DNA of 64,000 nt from Eubacteriales bacterium (GTDB lineage: Bacteria; Bacillota; Clostridia; Saccharofermentanales; DTU023). Below are positions 7,993 to 17,572 of this stretch, piece after piece (position 1 is the first letter of the stretch; every line of letters begins with the position of its first letter). The notes under the pieces are model-generated. The model worked only from the letters and a program-made list of their open reading frames with translations, ran no database searches and was not told the origin of the DNA. A program made the position numbers and the translations under genes. Location: assembly GCA_030537525.1 (NCBI GenBank), contig JAUNVU010000001.1:84187-148186 (forward strand). Reading direction: 5' to 3'.

Positions 7993-10086
7993 ATGAGTAA
8001 GATTCGACTATATTTCAACCTGGCCAAGCGCAACTTCGCCGCCAATAAGCGCTTGAATGTGCCCTTGATCCTGGCAGCTTCGACTCTAATCCTGGTCTAT
8101 GCCGTTTTAAACTCGAAGGTCGCCTCCTGGGACAGTGGCACACAGCGCCTCATCGCCACGCTTGGTAGCATTATCATTTTGGTATTTGCGTTTATTTTCA
8201 TCAGCTTTGCTAGATCTTTCATCTTGAAACAGAGAAGTAAGGAGATGGGCCTCTACGCCACCTTAGGTCTTGGCAAGGGTGAGTTCATTGCCATCTACTT
8301 CATCGAGCTAGTCTTTACCCTGATCTGCTCTCTCGTGGTCGGTATCTTGCTTGCCTTGCCGTCTATCCCACTGGCTAATTACCTCTTACAGAGGGTGGTA
8401 GACTTGCCATTGAAGCTCAGCTGGGGATTTTCAATGGACGTGGTTATCGAGATCATCATCCGCTTTTCAATAGTCTTTGTCTTGGGCTTTATTCCAGAAC
8501 TCAGAAAGTTACTCGTCTATACCCCGAAGCAGCTATTTGAACGGGATCAGCCAGTATTTCGTGAGTTTAAAGGCAGACCAATCCTCTTCGTATTGGGAGT
8601 TGGCTTACTCGGTGGCGCCTACTATCTCTCATCAGTTATCGGAGATGCCGATAAGGATATAGTGATTGGTGCCTTTCTCTTCATGTTGGCAGTTATCATG
8701 GTCATCGTGGGTACTTATCTATTCTACTTAGCTGTAGTGCCAGCGGTGTTAAAATTTCTGAAAAATCGCGATAGTTACTATCACAAGCCTGAAAACTTCA
8801 TCAAGATCTCAGCCTTGTTATCGAGACTCGTAGCTCATGCGAGAGGCCTGGCTGACATTACCATACTCTCCTGCATGATTCTTATGACCATGTTCGTCAC
8901 AATTCACACCTTCCGGCAGCGACCCGAGGCCACTTGGTCAGAACTAGACGATCTAGGTTTATACTGCTACTCCTATGGTGTAAAAGGTGAGGAAGATCTA
9001 GAGGTAGATAGTCAGGCTCACAGGGCCTTGATGAAGGAAAAGGGCCTAGAGTTCTTGCTTAAACCGCAAGACAGTAAAAAGGCCGTTGAACTTACGAAAA
9101 ACACTGTAGCCAAAGTCCACGACATTCCTGAATTTGAGGTCAAACCCCTAAACTCCCTGATTCTGAACGCCGAAGGCGAGAAGTTCTACCTAGTGCTAAA
9201 TGAGGATTTAAACAAATTCTTCGGCGAACAGAAGTATCAAGGTTCAGGTTACTTTGGCAATTTCAGCACCCTCAAATTCCATACAAAAAAGTTTGCGAAA
9301 ATTGCTAATCTGCAGGTAGCGGAGCTGGAGAGGCAGATACCAGATAGCAAGTCTTCATACGGCTTCGGTAAACTCTATCTCCATGTGCCGAAGGATCAGC
9401 TTGAGGAAACACTAGACCGCTTCTTGGCAGAAGGTCAGTTAGTGAATCAAATGGGCTTCAACACGGCGCTCAATATCGTACCAAAGTCGGCAACTGAGTT
9501 TAGCGTCGATGAGCTCAAGAGTATTCTGGGACAGCTCACTAATGAGGATATATCTGCCTGGCACAAGGCCTTACCAGGAGGGTATAGAATCTCTTCAATC
9601 TATCCCAACTCAGACAAGATTGACCATCACCAGATGAAGATCTATATGGCGGCTTTCCTCTATCTCGGTATTATCTGCTCACTGACCTTCTTTGTCGGCT
9701 TGTCCGTCATCAGTTGGTTCAAGCAGTATTCTGAGGCTGAAGTGGAGCGTTCAAGAGTGCAGATCATGGAAGAAATTGGTCTGCCAAAGAAGATCATCAG
9801 AAAATCGGTAAACAGCCAAATCTATTGGTTATTCCTGCTGCCACTATTTGTGGCCTATGTGCACTGCCTCTTTGGCTATTCTTACATCAAGCAACTGTTT
9901 AGCAAGATTTTCTATCTGACCGTTGACAATTACATTCTCAGAGGCTTGTGGCAGTCCTTCCTAATTGCTGCTGGTATCCTCTTTGTCGGCTATTTCTTAA
10001 TCTACAAGCTGGCCACCAAAGCTTACTGGCGCAGTCTCCAGATCAACCGAGATCAGATTTTCGTCAAGAATTGGCGCGAACGCTAG
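7993..10086 (+). CDS. FtsX-like ABC permease (BceB-like, antimicrobial peptide resistance)
   Basis: About 10 TM helices with a large extracellular loop, RSKEMGLY motif; ATG 7993 after AAGGAG. Confidence 0.85.
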   Translation: MSKIRLYFNLAKRNFAANKRLNVPLILAASTLILVYAVLNSKVASWDSGTQRLIATLGSIIILVFAFIFISFARSFILKQRSKEMGLYATLGLGKGEFIAIYFIELVFTLICSLVVGILLALPSIPLANYLLQRVVDLPLKLSWGFSMDVVIEIIIRFSIVFVLGFIPELRKLLVYTPKQLFERDQPVFREFKGRPILFVLGVGLLGGAYYLSSVIGDADKDIVIGAFLFMLAVIMVIVGTYLFYLAVVPAVLKFLKNRDSYYHKPENFIKISALLSRLVAHARGLADITILSCMILMTMFVTIHTFRQRPEATWSELDDLGLYCYSYGVKGEEDLEVDSQAHRALMKEKGLEFLLKPQDSKKAVELTKNTVAKVHDIPEFEVKPLNSLILNAEGEKFYLVLNEDLNKFFGEQKYQGSGYFGNFSTLKFHTKKFAKIANLQVAELERQIPDSKSSYGFGKLYLHVPKDQLEETLDRFLAEGQLVNQMGFNTALNIVPKSATEFSVDELKSILGQLTNEDISAWHKALPGGYRISSIYPNSDKIDHHQMKIYMAAFLYLGIICSLTFFVGLSVISWFKQYSEAEVERSRVQIMEEIGLPKKIIRKSVNSQIYWLFLLPLFVAYVHCLFGYSYIKQLFSKIFYLTVDNYILRGLWQSFLIAAGILFVGYFLIYKLATKAYWRSLQINRDQIFVKNWRER

Positions 10087-10109
10087 GTCTTCAACAGAGT
10101 GTTAACTTA

Positions 10110-10145
10110 CTCCGCCTCCTGTAAAATAGGAGGCGGAGGTTTCTT
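10110..10145 (+). terminator. Terminator-like hairpin that contains the rsmE SD
   Basis: CTCCGCCTCCT/AGGAGGCGGAG 11-bp perfect stem, then GTTTCTT. Confidence 0.65.
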
Positions 10146-10904
10146 CTGCCGAAATTTTTCTATGCCGAAGTTTTAAGCCCAGGAGCTGTATTCCGGCTGT
10201 CGGGCGAGAATGATTTAAGCCACCTACAGAAGGCCAGGCGGATTTCGGAGGGCTCGCTGATCGAAGTCTACGATGCTGCTGGCTCATTGTGGCAGGCCAA
10301 ATGCCTCGAGACAGTACCCGCCCAGTTCATAGAGTTAAGGGCAGAGGAGAGGCTTAGGGTAGTGTCAGAAGCCAAGATCAGACTAAGTCTCTATCAGGCC
10401 TTGCCACAGGGTAGTAAGTTCGACTTAGTATTGGAACTGGCAGGTAGTTATGGGGCTGCAAATGTTGTGCCAATAATCACTGAAAAATCTCTATTTAAGA
10501 TGCCAAATAGGGATATAAGTGGCAAGTACAGTCGCTGGCAGAAGATCTTGGAAGCTCAGTCTAAGCAGACGGGGCGTGCTACGGTGACAGAGCTTTTGCC
10601 AATTTGTGATTTGGCAAACCTGGCAAAAGCCGAACTTGATCATGACCTTATGATCTTTGGCCACTTCTCACCAGAGGCTGCAAGTCTTCGCAATTATTTG
10701 GCAGAGCATAAGGAGCGAATTAACGAATCAGCAAGCCTATCTATGGGTCTATTTGTCGGCCCTGAAAGTGGGTTTACGCAGGCTGAGGCGGAGTTGCTGA
10801 AGAAGCTTGGGGCTACTGAAGTGAGCTTTGGGCCTAGAGTTTTGAGAAGTGAGTTGGCTGCTAGCTTTGTACTCGCCAGTTTAACTTATCTCGAACTCAT
10901 TTAA
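10146..10904 (+). CDS. rsmE: 16S rRNA m3U1498 methyltransferase RsmE, probable CTG start
   Basis: VGPESGFT and FGPRVLRSE SPOUT motifs; frame extends upstream of the called TTG with an RsmE-like N-terminus (PKFFY...HLQKARRI..G..IEVYD); GGAGGT lies 5 nt before CTG 10146. Confidence 0.85.
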   Translation: MPKFFYAEVLSPGAVFRLSGENDLSHLQKARRISEGSLIEVYDAAGSLWQAKCLETVPAQFIELRAEERLRVVSEAKIRLSLYQALPQGSKFDLVLELAGSYGAANVVPIITEKSLFKMPNRDISGKYSRWQKILEAQSKQTGRATVTELLPICDLANLAKAELDHDLMIFGHFSPEAASLRNYLAEHKERINESASLSMGLFVGPESGFTQAEAELLKKLGATEVSFGPRVLRSELAASFVLASLTYLELI

Positions 10905-10905
10905 T

Positions 10906-10934
10906 TTGCCGATCTCGCCCTCTAAATGTATAAT
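10906..10934 (+). promoter_or_regulatory. Promoter of hisS-aspS-lepB-lepA
   Basis: TTGCCG-17 nt-TATAAT, about 30 nt upstream of the hisS ATG. Confidence 0.7.
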
Positions 10935-10963
10935 TTATAAATTGAGCAAGAAGGAGGTAGCAT

Positions 10964-12235
10964 ATGCAGATCAAGGCTCCTAAAGGTTGCCGCGATATCT
11001 ATGGAGTTGAGGCTGGCCAACTGCAATATCTCGAGCGCGTGTATTACGATTTGGCCAAGAAATTTGGCTTCCAAGAGATCCGAGTTCCGACCTTCGAACA
11101 GACTGAGCTGTTTCAGCGCGGTGTCGGAGAAACTACGGATATAGTTAATAAAGAAATGTACACTTTCGAGGACAAGGGTGGTCGGTCCATGACTTTGCGG
11201 CCAGAAGGGACGGCACCTGTTGTCAGGGCCTATCTTGAGCATGGCATGGCTAATTTGCCTTCTCCGCTCAAGCTGTTTTACAGCATGAATGTCTTTCGCT
11301 ATGAGCGTCCGCAGAAGGGTAGATATAGGGAATTCCAGCAATTCGGCATGGAATTAATCGGGGCTAGTGGTGCTTTGGCTGAGGCCGAGATACTGAGTTT
11401 TCTCGATAGTTTTTTCAAGAAGCTTGGACTAGTTGACTATCAGCTGGCCTTAAATTCACTCGGTTGCAATGCATGCCGTAGTGCATATAACGAGAAACTT
11501 AAAGATTATCTGGTGGAACACAGTTCAGAGCTCTGTCCAGACTGTGTAGGAAGGTCTCAGCGTAACCCACTACGCTGCTTGGATTGCAAGAATCCGAATT
11601 GTGCGCCTGTTTTAAATTCGGCTCCACTACCAGCAGATTTGCTATGTTCAGATTGCCAGGCAGAATTTACTAAACTTCTTGCGGCCCTAGATCAATTGGG
11701 TATCAATTATTATTTGGCGCCACGTCTGGTTCGCGGCCTAGATTATTACACTGGGACGGTTTTCGAATTTCAATCTGATAAGCTCGGAGCACAGACAGCA
11801 ATACTTGGTGGTGGTCGCTACGATAAGCTTATTGCTGAGCTTGGAGGTGAGCCAACGCCTGCTGTAGGTTATGCCTTTGGGGTCGAGCGGCTTAGGTTGG
11901 AGTTAGAAGCTGGCGGGCTTTTGCCAGAGTTTCAGCCAAGAGCTGATCTCTCTATTGTCTCGTTTGCAGATACAGGAGTTGAAGCACTTGTGCTAGCTAA
12001 TAATTTGCGAGCTGCAGGGCTGGTCGTGGACTGTGATTTAATGGGCCGGAGTTTCAAGGCTCAGATGAAGCAGGCCAATCGTCAGGGAGCGAGATATCTT
12101 CTGGTGCTCGGAACAGATGAATTGCAGGCCGAAGAGGTCGAAATTAAGCGTCTTTCGGATGGCAGTACTGCAATGGTGTTGAAATCAGAAATTACTAAAT
12201 ATATAAAGCAGTCGGAGGAAGCAAATGGCAGATAG
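10964..12235 (+). CDS. hisS: Histidine--tRNA ligase
   Basis: LRPEGTA, FRYERPQKGRYREF, LVRGLDYY, GGGRYD. Confidence 0.97.
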   Translation: MQIKAPKGCRDIYGVEAGQLQYLERVYYDLAKKFGFQEIRVPTFEQTELFQRGVGETTDIVNKEMYTFEDKGGRSMTLRPEGTAPVVRAYLEHGMANLPSPLKLFYSMNVFRYERPQKGRYREFQQFGMELIGASGALAEAEILSFLDSFFKKLGLVDYQLALNSLGCNACRSAYNEKLKDYLVEHSSELCPDCVGRSQRNPLRCLDCKNPNCAPVLNSAPLPADLLCSDCQAEFTKLLAALDQLGINYYLAPRLVRGLDYYTGTVFEFQSDKLGAQTAILGGGRYDKLIAELGGEPTPAVGYAFGVERLRLELEAGGLLPEFQPRADLSIVSFADTGVEALVLANNLRAAGLVVDCDLMGRSFKAQMKQANRQGARYLLVLGTDELQAEEVEIKRLSDGSTAMVLKSEITKYIKQSEEANGR

Positions 12236-14009
12236 AAAATGGCGTCGAACGCAAAGGGTTGCAGAAGTAAGTGAACAGGATCTAGGTAAAGAGCTCTGTC
12301 TCATGGGTTGGTGTGCCAGACAGCGAGATCTTGGCAATATCGTCTTCATCGTCTTGCGAGATCGTTCTGGGGAATTGCAGCTGGTATTTGATGAGGAAGC
12401 TGGTGATGGACTAGTTGAGCAAGCCAAGGCACTGCGCAGTGAGTATGTCATAGGTGTCAAGGGTGTTTTACGAGAGCGTGAGTCAGCAAATCCAGACATG
12501 CCTACTGGTAAGTGGGAGCTTGCCGTAAAAGATCTCATCGTCTACTCGAAGGCCGAGACACCGCCGTTTTATATCGAGGACACTGATAATTCGCGGGAGT
12601 CCTTGCATCTAGAATATCGCTATTTGGATCTAAGACGTCCGAAGATGCGGGACAAAATGATCTTCCGTCATAAATTTAATAAATTCACTAGAGACTGGTT
12701 TGATGCTGAGGGCTTCTTGGAAATTGAGACACCTTATCTGGTCAAGTCGACGCCAGAGGGTGCTAGAGATTATCTTGTACCATCGAGAGTTCATCAGGGA
12801 AAGTTCTTCGCCTTGCCGCAGTCACCACAGATTTTGAAGCAGATTTTAATGGTTTCAGGCTTTGACCGCTATATGCAATTGGCCCGCTGCTTCCGTGATG
12901 AGGACTTGAGGGCTGATCGACAGCCAGAATTTACCCAGATTGATGCAGAAATGAGTTTTGTGGATCAAGAGGATGTATTCGATGTAGTTGAGCGTTATTT
13001 TCACGACCTCTTTAAAGAACTTCTGGATTACGATATTCAGCTGCCAGTACAGCGTATGACCTATGCAGATGCCATGCGAGATTATGGTACAGATAAGCCA
13101 GACCTGCGCTTTGATTTGAAATTAGTTGATATCACGGAGCTAGTGCAGGACACTGATTTTAGAGTGCTGTCGGCTAATACCAAGCCAGGACACCGAGTAG
13201 TAGCGATCAAGGTCTCGGGAGCTGAATTCTCGAGGAGAGAAATTGATAAGTTGACGGAGGTAGTTAGAACTTACGGTGCTAAGGGCTTGTTGTGGATTCA
13301 GAAGACAGCTGCTGAGCTGCGCTCTTCATTCAGCAAGCAGGTGACTCCTGAACTACTCGGCTCCATCGCCGAGAAAATGCTTGTACAGGAAGGTGATTAT
13401 ATTTTCATTGTTGGTGATGAAGACCTAGTGGCCAGTCGAGCGCTTGGTCAGCTGAGGCTTGAACTAGCGAAGCAATTAGAGCTGATTCCTGAAAATACTT
13501 GGGCACCGCTCTGGGTCATTGATTTCCCAATGTTTGAATACGATGATGAACTAGAGGCCTATGTGCCAGCTCACCACCCATTTACATCACCTCTGCCAGA
13601 AGATCGTGACAAATTGCGTACAGAACCTGAGAATTGTCGAGCTCAGAGTTATGATTTCGTCTTGAATGGCAATGAATTATTGAGTGGTTCGATCCGAATT
13701 CATGACGCCGATTTGCAGCACGAGATCTTCGACTTATTAGGCATGTCTGAAGAGGAAATTCAGAAACGCTTCGGCTTCCTAATTAAAGCCTTCCGCTATG
13801 GTGTGCCACCACATGGCGGTTTCGCTATAGGGCTCGACCGCCTCGTCATGCTGATGACAAACTCGGATAGTATTCGAGATATTATAGCCTTCCCGAAGGT
13901 GCAAAATTCTGCTTGTTTGATGAGTGAAGCCCCTAGTAGCGTGCCTGAAGCCGATATTGAAGCGCTTGGCCTGGAGCTAAAAGAAGCAGCCAAAGAGGAT
14001 AAGAAATAG
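12225..14009 (+). CDS. aspS: Aspartate--tRNA ligase
   Basis: ALPQSPQ, CFRDEDLRADRQPEF, PPHGG. Confidence 0.97.
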   Translation: MADRKWRRTQRVAEVSEQDLGKELCLMGWCARQRDLGNIVFIVLRDRSGELQLVFDEEAGDGLVEQAKALRSEYVIGVKGVLRERESANPDMPTGKWELAVKDLIVYSKAETPPFYIEDTDNSRESLHLEYRYLDLRRPKMRDKMIFRHKFNKFTRDWFDAEGFLEIETPYLVKSTPEGARDYLVPSRVHQGKFFALPQSPQILKQILMVSGFDRYMQLARCFRDEDLRADRQPEFTQIDAEMSFVDQEDVFDVVERYFHDLFKELLDYDIQLPVQRMTYADAMRDYGTDKPDLRFDLKLVDITELVQDTDFRVLSANTKPGHRVVAIKVSGAEFSRREIDKLTEVVRTYGAKGLLWIQKTAAELRSSFSKQVTPELLGSIAEKMLVQEGDYIFIVGDEDLVASRALGQLRLELAKQLELIPENTWAPLWVIDFPMFEYDDELEAYVPAHHPFTSPLPEDRDKLRTEPENCRAQSYDFVLNGNELLSGSIRIHDADLQHEIFDLLGMSEEEIQKRFGFLIKAFRYGVPPHGGFAIGLDRLVMLMTNSDSIRDIIAFPKVQNSACLMSEAPSSVPEADIEALGLELKEAAKEDKK

Positions 14010-14624
14010 ATGCCAGATCAATTTGTTGAACATACCGAGCAAGAGCAGCTAAAAAAGCCACAAAAGAATTGGCAAAAAGAGCTTTGGGAATGGTTTAAGA
14101 TAATAGTAATCGCCCTTTTGCTCGGGCTCTTCTTGAGATACTTCGTCGTGCAAAGAAATGTGGTACAAGGTAATTCTATGTATCCAAATCTCCAAGATCG
14201 AGATCGCGTCTTCGTAGAGCTTGTGACTAAGCATTTTGCTGGTTTCAACCATGGCGATATTGTGACTATTAAAACGGAGCAAGTGCCGGGCTATGAGTCA
14301 TATAAAGCAGAAGGCGAGGAGGCACCACGGCTGATCAAGAGAGTTATAGGCTGCCCAGGTGATCACATCCGCATTAAAGACGGTTTTATCTATGTCAATG
14401 ACATCAAATTAAGTGAGAGCTATATTGCCAGCGATCTTGTTACTGAGCCTTTCGATTCACGTTATGTCGATGTAACTTTGGCCGAGGATGAGTATTATGT
14501 CCTCGGTGACAACCGCAATCACAGCCGTGACTCCAGAAGTTTCGGACCAGTTCACAAGTCTGATATTGTTGGTAAATTATGGTTTAGAGTATACCCCTAT
14601 GAGAATTTTGGTAAGGTAGAGTAG
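14010..14624 (+). CDS. lepB: Signal peptidase I
   Basis: One TM helix, SMYPNL (Ser), IKRVIG (Lys), GDNRNHSRDSR. Confidence 0.93.
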   Translation: MPDQFVEHTEQEQLKKPQKNWQKELWEWFKIIVIALLLGLFLRYFVVQRNVVQGNSMYPNLQDRDRVFVELVTKHFAGFNHGDIVTIKTEQVPGYESYKAEGEEAPRLIKRVIGCPGDHIRIKDGFIYVNDIKLSESYIASDLVTEPFDSRYVDVTLAEDEYYVLGDNRNHSRDSRSFGPVHKSDIVGKLWFRVYPYENFGKVE

Positions 14625-14639
14625 TATTGGAGATATTTA

Positions 14640-16454
14640 ATGACTGAACAAGCCATTGATAGAATTAGAAATTTCTGCATAGTTGCGCATATCGATCATG
14701 GTAAGTCGACCTTGGCCGACTGTCTGATTGAGGCTACAGGTCATCTGGCCTCGCGTGAAATGCATGATCAGGTACTGGACAATATGGATCTAGAACGTGA
14801 GCGCGGTATTACGATCAAGGCGCAAGCGGTGAGATTGAATTATCGAGCCCAGGACGGGCAAGATTACGTCCTGAACTTGATTGACACGCCTGGACATGTC
14901 GATTTTAACTATGAGGTATCAAGATCTCTTGCGGCCTGTGATGGTGCAATCCTGGTAGTGGATGCAGCACAAGGCGTTGAGGCTCAGACACTTGCCAATG
15001 CTTATCTAGCCATTGATGCAGATCTTGAGATTTTACCTGTTATTAATAAAATTGACCTGCCAGCTGCAGACCCTGATATGGCAAGAGAAGAGATAGAAGA
15101 AGTCATAGGTATTGAGGCCCAGAATGCTCCGGCTATCTCAGCTAAGGAGAAATTAAATATACCTGATGTCTTAGAAGCTATAGTGCATAAATTGCCTTCG
15201 CCAGATGTCGATCGTGACGCACCACTGCAAGCATTAATTTTCGATTCCCAATATGATAGCTACAAGGGAGTCATTGTACACGTCAATCTCAAGGCCGGCA
15301 GTCTGAGACGAGGTGAGGCCATACGCTTCATGAATACTGGCGCTGAATATGAAGTCGTCGAACTAGGCTATTTCACGGCGGCTGGGCTATCACCTCAAGA
15401 AAAATTGCTAGCAGGTGATGTTGGTTATATTACGGCCGCGATCAAGGAAATCCGTGATAGTCGTGTCGGTGACACCGTTACTTCGATTGAGAAGCCAGCT
15501 GCAGAAGCTCTACCAGGTTATAAGCCAGTTAAGCAGATGGTTTTCTGCGGTATTTATCCCGTGGACGGTGGTGATTATGAGGCGCTGCGTGAAGCGCTCG
15601 AAAAAGTTCAGCTAAATGATGCTGCCTTGGATTTCCAACCTGAGACTTCTGCAGCTCTGGGTTTTGGCTTCCGCTGTGGCTTCCTGGGTTTGTTGCACTA
15701 TGAGATAATCCAAGAGCGCCTTGAACGGGAGTTTCAGCTTAACCTGATATCAACTGCTCCCTCGGTAGTTTACAGACTCTTGATGAGTGATGGTGAAGAA
15801 GTAGAGTTAGACAATCCAACTAATCTACCGCCAGTAGAGGAAATAGAAGCCATGTATGAGCCTATAGTCAAGGCGACTATCATGACACCTAAAGACTACG
15901 TCGGCAATCTCATGGAACTATGCCAAGAGCGTCGTGGTGTCTTTATTGATATGCAATATCTCGACAAGACGAGAGTTGCGCTAAGCTATGAGATGCCCTT
16001 AAATGAAATTATTTACGATTTCTTTGATGCCTTGAAATCTCGCTCAAGAGGTTATGCCTCCTTGGACTATGAGTTCTATGAATACCGTGCTTCTGATCTA
16101 GTAAAACTGGATATTCTAATTCATGGTAAGATCGTTGATGCCCTTAGTTTCATCATTCATAGAGACAAGGCTTATGCCAGAGCAAGAGTGATCTGTGAGA
16201 AACTCAAGGACAATATTCCACGACATCAGTTCGAGGTGCCAATACAGGCAGCCATTGGTGGCAAGATCATTGCAAGAGAAACTATTAGAGCATTTCGTAA
16301 AGACGTTTTGGCGAAGTGCTATGGTGGTGACATCAGCCGAAAGAAGAAGTTGCTTGAAAAGCAGAAAGAAGGAAAGAAGCGGATGCGCTCTGTAGGTGCT
16401 GTAGAAGTCCCACAGGAAGCCTTCATGAGCGTTTTGAAGCTAAGCGAAGACTAA
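14640..16454 (+). CDS. lepA: Elongation factor 4
   Basis: [32 protein letters not shown]. Confidence 0.98.
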   Translation: MTEQAIDRIRNFCIVAHIDHGKSTLADCLIEATGHLASREMHDQVLDNMDLERERGITIKAQAVRLNYRAQDGQDYVLNLIDTPGHVDFNYEVSRSLAACDGAILVVDAAQGVEAQTLANAYLAIDADLEILPVINKIDLPAADPDMAREEIEEVIGIEAQNAPAISAKEKLNIPDVLEAIVHKLPSPDVDRDAPLQALIFDSQYDSYKGVIVHVNLKAGSLRRGEAIRFMNTGAEYEVVELGYFTAAGLSPQEKLLAGDVGYITAAIKEIRDSRVGDTVTSIEKPAAEALPGYKPVKQMVFCGIYPVDGGDYEALREALEKVQLNDAALDFQPETSAALGFGFRCGFLGLLHYEIIQERLEREFQLNLISTAPSVVYRLLMSDGEEVELDNPTNLPPVEEIEAMYEPIVKATIMTPKDYVGNLMELCQERRGVFIDMQYLDKTRVALSYEMPLNEIIYDFFDALKSRSRGYASLDYEFYEYRASDLVKLDILIHGKIVDALSFIIHRDKAYARARVICEKLKDNIPRHQFEVPIQAAIGGKIIARETIRAFRKDVLAKCYGGDISRKKKLLEKQKEGKKRMRSVGAVEVPQEAFMSVLKLSED

Positions 16455-16470
16455 AGTCTAAAATTAACCC

Positions 16471-16498
16471 TTGTCTGAGCTCGAACTTGTGCTATACT
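16471..16498 (+). promoter_or_regulatory. Promoter of tRNA-Leu (and probably the Crp/Fnr gene)
   Basis: TTGTCT-16 nt-TATACT with extended TG. Confidence 0.6.
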
Positions 16499-16533
16499 AC
16501 TTGAGGATTTCCGAGTTCGACTCGGCTTTATAT

Positions 16534-16618
16534 GCGGACGTGGTGGAATTGGCAGACACGCTGGATTTAGGTTCCAGTGCCGCGAGGCATGCAGGTTCGA
16601 CTCCTGTCGTCCGCACCA
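16534..16618 (+). tRNA. tRNA-Leu(TAG)
   Basis: GCGGACG/CGTCCGC acceptor, A73-CCA, anticodon arm CTGGA-TTTAGGT-TCCAG, long variable arm, GGTTCGACTCC. Confidence 0.95.
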
Positions 16619-16637
16619 ATTTACAAGGAGCTTGTCA

Positions 16638-17381
16638 ATGCGGAAAACTTGCGAGATTATGGCAGATACGGCCCTCTTCAGAGGGATTAACAGCGAAATT
16701 TTTCGAGCGAGTTGCGAACATACCGAAATCCATAACTATTCGAAATCTGAAGTAGTTGCAAGAGAAGGTGATCCCTGTACTGGCCTAGGTATTGTTGTCG
16801 AAGGACAATTGGCACTTCAGAAATATTCGAGCTCGGGCGAGAATTCAACCCTGTCTATACTGGGTGCTGGCCAGAGCTTTGGCCAAGAACTTATTTTCTC
16901 ATCGCGAAGAAGATATAATTTCTCGCTTGAAGCTTTGAATCAATGCAAGCTGATTTTAGTTCCACGAGAAGACATTCTGGCCATGATAGCAAAGAGCCCT
17001 CAGCTCTTAATTAATTTCTTACAGACTTTATCTGATGAGTTGAGACATAGAGAAGAACATATTCACCTGCTTTCCCAACGCACACTTCGTCAGAAGATTT
17101 CATGCTACCTATTAGAGCTTTACAGGAAGCAGTTAGCTGATGAGGGTGAGACTTTTAGAACACAGGCTCAGCTTCTTAAGACGGCTTCAGTAGAGTTGCC
17201 AGTATCAAAGGAAATCGCCTCGCGTCTATTAGCAATTCCTAGACCTTCATTTTCAAGAGAGTTAATTTCGATGGAAAAAGACGGATTGGTCAAGGTCGCT
17301 GGAAGAGTGATTTGGCTATTAGATTTGAAGGGACTAGAGAGTGGTATCTTAAGTGATGACGATGATGAGGATGAGGAATAG
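16638..17381 (+). CDS. Crp/Fnr family transcriptional regulator
   Basis: cNMP-binding fold (EGD...GIVVEG...GQSFG), C-terminal HTH (IPRPSFSREL); ATG 16638 after AAGGAG. Confidence 0.88.
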   Translation: MRKTCEIMADTALFRGINSEIFRASCEHTEIHNYSKSEVVAREGDPCTGLGIVVEGQLALQKYSSSGENSTLSILGAGQSFGQELIFSSRRRYNFSLEALNQCKLILVPREDILAMIAKSPQLLINFLQTLSDELRHREEHIHLLSQRTLRQKISCYLLELYRKQLADEGETFRTQAQLLKTASVELPVSKEIASRLLAIPRPSFSRELISMEKDGLVKVAGRVIWLLDLKGLESGILSDDDDEDEE

Positions 17382-17420
17382 ATCAGAGTTCAAATTCTAA
17401 ATTATTGATGTCAGACTAAT

Positions 17421-17468
17421 AAATGTAGCTTTTATCTTGAGATATAAAAGCTGCATTTTTTCTTTTTA
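17421..17468 (+). terminator. Intrinsic terminator
   Basis: AAATGTAGCTTTTAT/ATAAAAGCTGCATTT stem plus T tract. Confidence 0.7.
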
Positions 17469-17572
17469 TTGCCTTTAATTGGATTATAGGACGATTATAA
17501 TTTATACTTAAGTTATTATAAACTTTAAGTAGTGTCGGGGCATTGTGATCCCGACAGGGAAAAGGAGTAATT

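Noticed and set aside
10287-10904. rsmE as a 5'-truncated pseudogene
   Set aside because: The missing N-terminus is present in frame upstream with an SD and a CTG start
16511-16525. T-arm-like hairpin CCGAG-TTCGA-CTCGG before tRNA-Leu as a tRNA remnant or att site
   Set aside because: Too short, with no acceptor or CCA, no duplicated tRNA 3' end and no integrase in the window
16471-16755. 94-aa ORF; also 3495-3722 and 3772-4083
   Set aside because: They overlap tRNA genes, promoters or real CDS and have no recognisable motifs
17469-17572. ZTP/THF riboswitch or Crp/Fnr box upstream of fhs
   Set aside because: Only a short TGTCGGG/CCCGACA hairpin; no aptamer consensus; TGTGA and TTGAT half-sites lack partners
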